NCBI GenBank assembly: GCA_963693365.1 | Contig: CAVNZM010000017.1 | Location: forward strand, 5,446,708-5,510,707 | Direction: 5' to 3' | Length of the DNA: 64,000 nucleotides | Source of the DNA: Amoebidium appalachense | Lineage: Eukaryota > Protista > Ichthyosporea | In this document: positions 54,861 to 64,000 of the stretch, piece by piece | Layout: each line of letters starts with the position of its first letter | Numbering within the stretch: the first letter of the stretch is position 1 | Notes under the pieces: model-generated | Databases searched by the model: none | Told to the model about the DNA's origin: nothing | Seen by the model: only the letters and a program-made list of their open reading frames with translations | Program-made: the position numbers and the translations under genes

Positions 54861-55840
54861 AAAAACACACACACACACACACACAAACAAACAAAATAGG
54901 ATTACAGGAGTGTTTGCCAGCAGTGAGAAAGCGCCGATATGGGGCTGGGGGACCTACCGTCTTGGTAAGCAGAGCAGAGTTCAACACGCTTTCAACGTTG
55001 GTTTCATTTTCGCAATTCATCGACAGGAACACGGGCAGCTCGAACATCTTGGCAACACGGGAGTTGACTTCGAAGCTCACAGCATCAGACTGCGGCAGCA
55101 ATAATGTATTAGTGGACCTATCAAGCAGAGGGAACAAACATCGCAATATTCGGTAATCCACAACATTTTATTTAGAATAAAGGCATGCTAGCTTCTGTAT
55201 AGGCAATGAGAAAGGCGGAATTGGCTAATGATCAGAAACAAGGTAGCTATGGTTGATCCGGTGGAGTGCATTGCATGTGTGCCTGTGTATGTGTGTGTGT
55301 GTGTGTGCCATTTGTCACACACTTATATAGACAACCAAAACTCACCGGCAGGGCAGCACCTTCAACGACCACAAAAGACTTGTTCTTCTTGTACTTCTCA
55401 TAGGCTGCAGAGGAAGGAAATCACATGTTAGTATCTCAAATGCTGGGTTCACTGAAATTTCAGGTACCAAACCTGCCCAACTTCATTACCCAAACCCAAT
55501 TTGGGCAAGAGGAATTTGACCAGAAGAAGAGCCTTAGTTAGGAAGGTGACCACTATTATATGTGCAAACGTGCTTACCGGTCAGAATTCTGTCGGTCAGT
55601 TCTTCTTCCTTGTTGGCCGAGAGTAGTGCAAGAGCCTCTTCCTGCAGGTTGAAAAACAGTCAGTTGGGTGAGGAAAAGGTTTGCTAGAACAAGCATATCG
55701 GTCAAGCGTCTGTACACACATGCGGTGATGTGGGGACAAGTGGATGCACACGGAGGGCCCCGGGGGGGGGGGAGGGGGGGGGGGCGGAGGAGGAATTGAA
55801 GGGAGCAGCTATAGAGGCAAGTTGAAAACGGGGAGGGCCG

Positions 55841-55876
<36 letters not shown>

Positions 55877-55959
55877 GGGGGGAATAATTTTTTCAGTGTT
55901 CACCTTTACCTATCATCATCACGGGGAGGGGGGGGGGGGGGGAGGGAGGAGTTAGGAGT

Positions 55960-56014
<55 letters not shown>

Positions 56015-56079
56015 AGGAACTCCTTTTAGCGCAAGCGGCGAGAGTGGATTTTCTTTTCCTTTCCCCCCCTTCTTTTTTT

Positions 56080-56121
<42 letters not shown>

Positions 56122-57666
56122 TGGGGGGGGGGATTTAATGGGCGGGGGCGGGAGGGGGGCATTATGTGGCTATATCAGCACGGAATGGGGCTGGTGCCAG
56201 GATTGTGGGGGAAAAGGGGAGAGGGAGGGGGGTGTGGTCACAGTGGTGATGGTGGGGATCGGGTGGGGTGGGGTGGGGGGAAGGGGGGCAAGGATTACCT
56301 GGGAAACAGCTGTCATAGAGGATTTGTCATCCTTCATTTTGAATACGGAATGAACGAGCGCCACATGGGGATCCTCAATGGGCCCTTTCAGTGGGGGGTT
56401 ATGCTGTGGGGGAAAAACAGTCAGAACATATCTGCGTACAGAGGAACACACATTTTTAAATCTGGTGTTGCAGAAAGGGAGACCAGCAGGAGAAGAAGGA
56501 CACATGAGCCAATATCATCAAGAATCATTGAACCAAGTCATCGTACGCGCATCCCATCATAAAGTTTGCAAGCAAGTGATGCCAAAACTCACCGGGACAG
56601 CACCAATGGGTCGGAAGTAGCCCAGTCTCTCCACGTAGCGGCTCAGCGTGGACATTAGACCCAGAAGGACGGGCGCTGCATTATACAAGCATTGATTATT
56701 AAAGATTTACGTGGCCTTAATATTAATCACCTCCCCCCCCCCCCCCTCTCTCCTCCGCCCTCCTCCCCCTCGCCCCTCCCCCCCTGGGCATTTCTACCCC
56801 CACCACATACACTCAACAACCATACCCATCCCAACCTCACTTTTTCTATCCCTCCGCCAGGTTTAATGATTTCCACAGATGCCATCACAGCCCAAAGTCG
56901 TTCTAAATTGTTCCATCAACACCATCTTTGCTGCTGTAGCAGTCTATAACTAAGTACGTTGAAATGAGCTGTAGTTCGCCGAAATACTACAAGGCATCTA
57001 GCCCTCAGAAGAGGCACCACAGAATCCGCCCAACATTTGCTCATACCACACACACTATACCAAAAAGAAGGGGTGTTGGGACTTGCCTGTGCCACTCCCG
57101 CCCGCACCCTTGTTAGTGGTGAGAAACAGAGCATCGGCCTTGTCATGTGTTGGCCGGGAGGACGAGAACATGCGCGCACTGCGAACAGCAAGGGCACCCC
57201 CCAGGGTCATGGCACCTGTAAGGTAAAAGGCGCAAGAGTTAGACGTTACAGTAGGCTCCAAAGTCAGGTCTCTGGCGCATCCACACTTCTTGACACCCAC
57301 AGTTGCTGAAGATTCAACGCACAGAACCGTAGGCTGGAATGATGGTGTCACAGCTAGAATTTCTTTCGTTGGACACACCAACGGTATAACCCTCTAAGGT
57401 TGAGTTCTTGCTCGACATCCTTCATCCATTTCCTGGTAGATCCGTGAACTGGTCAGCCGCGCCGTTTGCCGAGCATTCCAGAAACACTCAAAAAACCAGA
57501 ATCAATTCTATCCCCTTCGAGCATACATAAACCATAGCTGTACGATCCATTACATTTTGAGCACATCGCTGGCATCACACACCATGTCACCCACACACTT
57601 ACCAGACTGAACCACGGCAGTCCTGGCCAAGCTGCCCCACGCGGGCAGCAACGCAGGCATCACCAT
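48051..57666 (-). CDS. pta: Class II phosphate acetyltransferase (BioD-like + DRTGG + PTA_PTB domains) with a predicted mitochondrial presequence, about 22 exons
   Basis: Spliced product: [42 protein letters not shown]...[21 protein letters not shown]...FVVVEG...SADRLDIL...GIVLTGG...[15 protein letters not shown]...[25 protein letters not shown]...VSSVFFM...[10 protein letters not shown]...[10 protein letters not shown]...[11 protein letters not shown]...[21 protein letters not shown]...[23 protein letters not shown]. The catalytic S-R...D residues are present. First exon 57666-57603, last exon 48196-48051. Confidence 0.94.
56676..57086 (-). other. GC-AG intron (pta intron 2)
   Basis: A CAG|GCAAGT donor gives the phase-1 join GSGT-A|PVLLGLM; otherwise the frame runs into a stop. 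Confidence 0.6.
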
Positions 57667-58824
57667 AATTCCTGCTATTACCCCACAACTTCTCTAACTA
57701 AAACATAGAATCGGACCAGGAAAAAAACAACTCTTTTTCACGTTTTGGAACACGGAAGTTGCCCGTCTGAAATTCTGAACCAGTGACAGAACGGTTTTGT
57801 TCTGATTCTGAGTCGATTTTGGAGCCAACAAGCATTCCTGCGGATATGCCTAATATGGCAGTTAGTTGGGAGCGAAGCAAAAATCACTATGCCTCGAGCC
57901 TTGACCGTATGAGCCAGTTAGGACGTTTTTTATGCATTTTGCATGGAAATTATTATATGCGTGTCGAAATGTATATGAAGGGAGGTATCATTAGCAGTTT
58001 CTGGCAGCTTATTATTAGCTTTAAAATACATACATCTCCTATTTCTCATATGTTTCTCTGTTCCACAGTATGCGCAGAATTTTGCACCACGCAGATATCT
58101 GCGTCCAGTTAGAGTCATGGATTTTTCTGCAGGAATCGCTGGTTGGTCGACAGTAAGAAGTTACCATATATGGTTAACTTTTGTGTTCATCGTCCTTCTA
58201 TGGTGCGTTCCGATTGGCTCAGGTGGAATGGAGAGTTCTATTTTTGGATTGTTTTGGTGCACGATCGTGAAGATTCGAAGGGATCGCTCGGACAGTACTG
58301 ACCCGTGTGCGTGTGGCAGCACAGTGTGTTTGTATGACACTCGCACGTGAGAAGTGTGCCAGTTGTGCATGTGTGTGTGTGTGTGGTGTGTGCACGTGTT
58401 TGCGTGCGTGCTTTCATCGTTGCGTTTGTGTGCGCAGGTTCTGCCTGTAGCAGGCCGGTGCATTTCCCTGTGCCATTCTCCATGTTTTGCACGATGGAGA
58501 TGGGCCCCATGGACACGATGTGCATGACATTGTCAGGATCGGACATCTGCCCATTGTTGACATGTGCACTGACGTCCTTGCAGCAGTTAGATGCAAAAAA
58601 TTAAGCATACACAACATAGCAACATGTCTACACTGGTTATGCAGGCGTTCAGGCGCGGAAGTGCATGGGTATTAAATAGAAGCACAGAAGCAATGGCCAT
58701 ATGCTGTTGATGTGGCCGGCTATGGGGTATGGGCTCCATACACGGCCATCTAGAAACACCAGATGGCCGTGGCTCCATACTACGTATAAACAGACATCTC
58801 CATATGTGTTATTCGTGTATTTGA

Positions 58825-59058
58825 TTTTTTTTTTTTTTTGATTTTTTTTTTTTTATTTTTTTATTTTTTTTTTTATCCCATTTTGTTCCCGGAGGGACCT
58901 CTTGGGCCCTCAGGGGGAACTACCGTCTTCCACCCAGCACCGACAGTACTCTAGCTAGGGTGCTCCGGTATTATTAGCTAAAATAACACACCTTTAAACA
59001 ATCCTAACTATTTGCACACACTTTGCCCAGGGTATTCACCCCAGCCACGCCGGTGGGT
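58825..59058 (-). mobile_element. A-tailed SINE-like repeat, copy 3
   Basis: Reverse complement of 26300-26531, with a long T-rich tail (A-rich on the minus strand) at 58825-58874. Confidence 0.8.
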
Positions 59059-59691
59059 AGTATATGTTATTTGACGGTCAGCACATGCATGCACCAAGTC
59101 TTAAAACTGTTGCATTCTCACTCTATATGTGTGTGTGTGTGTATGTGGTGGTGGTGGTGGTGGTGGTGGTGGTGGTGGGGGGGGGGGGGGGGGGGGGGGG
59201 GGGGGAAGATTTCCCAGCCGAGAACTGCTTCAACTTGTTGCTCACAACGACACACCACGTGATCGATTCTGCAGCATATTTTTGGTATGTGTCAGTTCAA
59301 ATCTTTTCCTACGAAGAGGTCCAGCCTCGATCGTTGAGAAAATATAATATCGATTTCATTACGGATCTCAGGTGAGAAACCTCATGTCAGAAACCAGCAA
59401 GAATTGGACATATTGTCGGTGGTTGGGGAGAAGCTAATACGTATTCTCATAGGTACATCGACGCCGAAAAAACTACATCTGCGGAAGATAATTCATGCAT
59501 GCTCTGTTTACACTCCCGGTCACTACTCACATCCCAACCCCTACCTATTCCCCGGATTACCTCAGAAAAAAATGCATCGCCTTCGACACATTGGACCCCC
59601 CCCCCCCCCCCTTCACCTTCCTCTCGGGCACACGACACACACGCACCAACCACCAAAAACAAAACACGAACAACTAGAGCCACTAAGACAA

Positions 59692-59982
59692 CTAGTCCGC
59701 CTTTTTGACTCGTTTCCTAACTGTCGTCTGCGCAGGTTCGGCTGATGGCATAAGTTTGGCCTCCGCATCCTGCTTTTCCTTTTGCCCCCCCTCCACCTTT
59801 TCTACCCCAGGCGGATTTTTCTCCGCCTTTCCACCCTCCCCGCCCTTTTCTTCTGGTTCTTTCTCGTTGGTTGAAGCCTCGGAAGAACCATCGTTGTCTG
59901 AAGACGTTTCTTTTCCTGTGGTGTCATGGGGTTAGTGAATTTGAGTGTGTGTGGGGGGGGATTGGAGAGGGGGGGGGGTGGA

Positions 59983-60015
<33 letters not shown>

Positions 60016-60292
60016 GGGGGGGAGGATGGTACATTTTACTGAGTACGATGTACAAACTCACAGTCTATGCCGTATATATTAAACACGGATTCTTAACAAG
60101 GATACACAAAGCATTTCACATGCAGTAAGCCCATCCTAGGGGTGAAAGTGGGTGTGCAGGCAGGGCGGGCGGGGCGGGGGGTGGGGGGGGTGGGGGGGGG
60201 GGGGGGGGGGGGGGGGGGGAGGAGCAACCATTCTGTGCACAAACCCACCAAATCACCCTTCCAATCCACAAACGCGCGCGCACGCACACGCG

Positions 60293-60374
<82 letters not shown>

Positions 60375-60433
60375 TACACACACCAAACACATACATTTCT
60401 TAAACCTATCAGAAGACCAACAAGGAGTGGAGA

Positions 60434-60470
<37 letters not shown>

Positions 60471-60492
60471 GGGGGGAGGGGGGGGGGGGAGG

Positions 60493-60529
<37 letters not shown>

Positions 60530-60675
60530 CCCCCTCTCCATTAAGTCCCCCCATCTCCTTCCTTTCAACTTTCTTGTATGTACAGACAACAAACAAACAA
60601 CAGAATTGTGTGGTCTGTGTGTGTGTGTGTGTGTGCATGCATGTGTACATGTGTGTGTGTTTATGGGGGGGAGGG

Positions 60676-60724
<49 letters not shown>

Positions 60725-60867
60725 CCACCTGACAATGCATTCTGTTTTTTCAACATCTCAGCCTCCTCCACGTCCTCCCCACTGAACCCAAATTCGTTCA
60801 CCCGGCTGGCATCCACAGGGTAGATCCATCGCTGATAAAGGAAGCACAGGAATACAACTGGTGGTGT

Positions 60868-60928
<61 letters not shown>

Positions 60929-61501
60929 GGCGCGGGTGCGGGGGGAGGGGGGGGGGGAAGGGGGGGGGGGGGGAAAGAGAGAGAAAGGGTTGTTAAATTG
61001 TGGTAAGCGGTATGAGGTACATCATATACACGTCGGACTACATGATAATGATATGCATAAACAAACAGACACACAAAAGGAAACATACACACAAGAGTAT
61101 GCATTGGGAGGGCTATATAATAATCTGCAAAAGGGACATGCGCACGCAGAGTATCCAATATGTGAGCTAATCATCACCGGAGGTTCTAAGGAGAGGGGGG
61201 GGGGGGGGGGATAGATGTCTCAGCCGGAGTGCGAAGTACACCTTCATGACGGGCAACACAACACAGATTGCAAAGCACACATAAAAGCGTGTTTGGGTGG
61301 GTGGGTGGGCGGGCGGGCGGGCGGGCGGGCGGGCGGGCGGGGGGCGGGCGGGCGGGCGGGGCGGGGGGGGGAGGGGGGGGGGGGGGGGGGGGGGGGGGGA
61401 AGGGGCTTACCATCGTCTCTTAGGCAAGCCAGCCTGTGCATGGTGGGCATGTGGATGATAAAGGCAAACACATCGTCAATAAACGTATTGAAGGCCTGTG
61501 T

Positions 61502-61573
<72 letters not shown>

Positions 61574-61867
61574 ACATGGTCAATTCAACAGGCCGTATAG
61601 TGCCAAAATAAACTGCTCTACCTCTCCTTGCCATTTGCAAGCCCATTCATCGCAAGCTCCTTTTGATGAGATAATGTTCTAATGTTATGTACGCGAATAA
61701 AACGGCGCCGACTCCGAAACATGTTACATGATGACAATGTAATACCAGGAATATGTGCTACTGTTTCAACACTATCTCCCTATAACCTGTTGGAAAAATA
61801 AAAGACCTTCAAAAAATGAAGATCACCAATCGTTGTCAAGTCAGCTTCCCGTTCACCAATCCTACCC

Positions 61868-61910
<43 letters not shown>

Positions 61911-63228
61911 CCCAGATTACCGTAGGAACACACCATAGCATACAATAAAACTGCCTGTAACAAGCCAAAACTATAGCGTTCAAATTTAACTATGTACAAG
62001 GATTCATCATAGTTGCCTCATGCTTTCTTGAAGACAGAACCCTATGTCGTTTCTCAATTGAAATGTGATTCTTCATCACGAATATTTAGATCTGTAATTC
62101 TTCCTCCAGAATGTGAAACAGCTTCAAAAATATTTGTGATGTCTCATCCAAAACCTTTCATCCATTCAATCCGCCCATATATGGAATATATAGAAGCGTA
62201 TATTGGGACAAGTCCTTTAATTTGTCCTCTCCGCACATGTATGGAAACCCCATGCTCACCTTGTACTCGTATATGAAATAGATTGTAGTATGTGATAGGA
62301 CAAGTTCTAGAATTTACCCTCTCAGCCCATATATGGATAACCCATGCTCACCTTGTATCCCAGTGCCCTCCAGGGCAGGTGGGCCACCGACTTAAGTTTG
62401 TAGTTGATGAAGAGCTGTGGCGTCATCATGATGAATCCAAACGCATAGATGTAGCCTGAAAATTTAACAGACGGGTTTGGTTGGTCAGTTCATTTGTTTA
62501 AATTATACAGAATTTATATTTGTAGTTGATGAAGAGCTGTGGCGTCATCATGATGAACCCAAAAGCATAGATGTAGCCTGAAAATATAACAAACGGGTTT
62601 GATTGGTCAATTCATTTGCGGTTTACGCCGTCGATTGAGACACGGCTCAAGAAACATATAGGGTGTGATGACGTTTTGGGTTGATTGGCTGAAATAAGGG
62701 TAGATAGAACGGAGTACAAGTAATGATACCAAAAGTGTGAAACATTGCCAGCGAGAAGCAACATTCATAAAACACGGATGCCAGCCGTTTGGCTCCCCAC
62801 GCGGGGGAGGGGGGGTGGGGGGAGGGGCGCCGGGGGGGGGGGGGGGTTTTGAATGCGTCAAAAAGTACGAAGTACACAAGAACAAACGGATAACACGATG
62901 CAGAATGCAAGCCATACATAAAGAGTATGCATAATAATAATAAGGGGGGGGGGGGGGGGGGGGGGGGGGGAGGGGGGGAGGAGGGGCAGCAAAAATATGA
63001 ATGTATTTGCGCAAGCACACAAGGTGTCAATTGATTTGATACGATTGGATGAGTATATAGGAATGGAAGACTGATAACACAGCATGAAAATTAGTAAATT
63101 AGGGAGGGGAGTAGGGGGGGGGGGGGGGGGGGGAGAAAGGCTATGGGCGGGTGAAGTTTGTGGGTGTTGGTGAGTGCAGATGTGCAGGTGCATTTGTGAG
63201 GGTGTGGTGATGGTGTGAGACTGTGTGT

Positions 63229-63264
<36 letters not shown>

Positions 63265-63339
63265 GTGCTTAAGTGCCTGCACGTGTGTGCGAGGAAGGAT
63301 TTGCCTGCCTGAGGGCATGTGTGTGTGTGTGTGCGTGCA

Positions 63340-63437
<98 letters not shown>

Positions 63438-63469
63438 TGTGTATGTGTGTGCCTGTGTGTGTGTGTGTA

Positions 63470-63500
<31 letters not shown>

Positions 63501-63582
63501 AAGGGCTATACCTGTTAGTGTCGACAGAATCCACGAATAGAAGCCACGGTGAACATCATACACAAGCGAGTAGATGGAATAG
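59692..63582 (-). CDS. CLPTM1/CLPTM1L-family ER membrane protein, 3' five exons (gene continues beyond the window)
   Basis: Exons 63582-63512, 62455-62352, 61495-61411, 60857-60729 and 59915-59692 read YSIYSLVYDVHRGFYSWIL...GYIYAFGFIMMTPQLFINYKLKSVAHLPWRALGYKAFNTFIDDVFAFIIHMPTMHRLACLRDDVVFLCFLYQRWIYPVDASRVNEFG...KKAD*. The C-terminal KKxx matches an ER-retrieval motif. Confidence 0.93.
62847..62943 (-). mobile_element. Poly-C-terminated element, subfamily A
   Basis: On the minus strand: poly-C, TTATTATGCATACTC...GTACTTCGTACTTTTTGACGCATTCAAAA, poly-C; inside a CLPTM1 intron, sense to the gene. Confidence 0.85.
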
Positions 63583-64000
63583 CTGGGGGGAAGGGGTGTG
63601 TGTGTGGGGGTGTGTGTTAGGCAAGACCGATGTAGAGAACAGGAGACTACCCTCTTATTTTTTTTGGGGGGGGGGGGGGGTATGTTAGAAAGAGGGAAAA
63701 AACAAATACACGAGAGTAGACGAGACTTCCCGGGGAGGAGGGGTAGGGGGGAAGGGGGGAAAGGGGGGGGGGGGGGGGGGGGGGGGGGGTGGGGAGTGAG
63801 GGATGCTAACAGCAGAAAATGTATATGGGCCTTAGGCTTTCGTGACGTTGTGAGTCTCTGTGTGGTATACCATGTCTTCACTAGTATATGTTCATATGGA
63901 AGGGAACGTGAGAAGGAGACGAGGGGTTCAGAAATGTGCATCTCAGTATGGGAATTTGTGAGTATGAGCGTGTGTATATGTGTATGTGTGTATGCGTGTG

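Overview
Eukaryotic, intron-rich genomic DNA. The taxon is probably a unicellular holozoan such as an ichthyosporean; this is inferred from animal-like LSG1/BRCC36 sequences and is not proven. Nearly all ORFs in the supplied track are artefacts of (CA)n/(GT)n, (CT)n and poly-G/poly-C tracts. Splicing exons by hand gives four multi-exon genes: BRCC36 JAMM deubiquitinase (minus, 12333-22481), LSG1 GTPase (plus, 29535-46560), a class II phosphate acetyltransferase with a likely mitochondrial presequence (minus, 48051-57666), and the 3' part of a CLPTM1-family gene (minus, 59692 to beyond the window end). Two intronless genes, a C2H2 zinc-finger protein and a secreted protein with two C-type-lectin-like modules, sit in microsatellite-poor islands. 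There is also a decayed LINE reverse transcriptase. The most notable observations are: (1) a 7-copy, 5'-truncated interspersed element that always ends in poly-C instead of poly-A, mostly sits inside C-rich tracts, and is sense to its host gene in every case; (2) three U12-type introns (two AT-AC, one GT-AG), none of which has the canonical +7T of the 5' splice site; (3) strand-specific poly-C/(CA)n tracts next to splice sites, with complementary (AC)n...(GT)n intron ends; (4) repeated local duplication of splice junctions.
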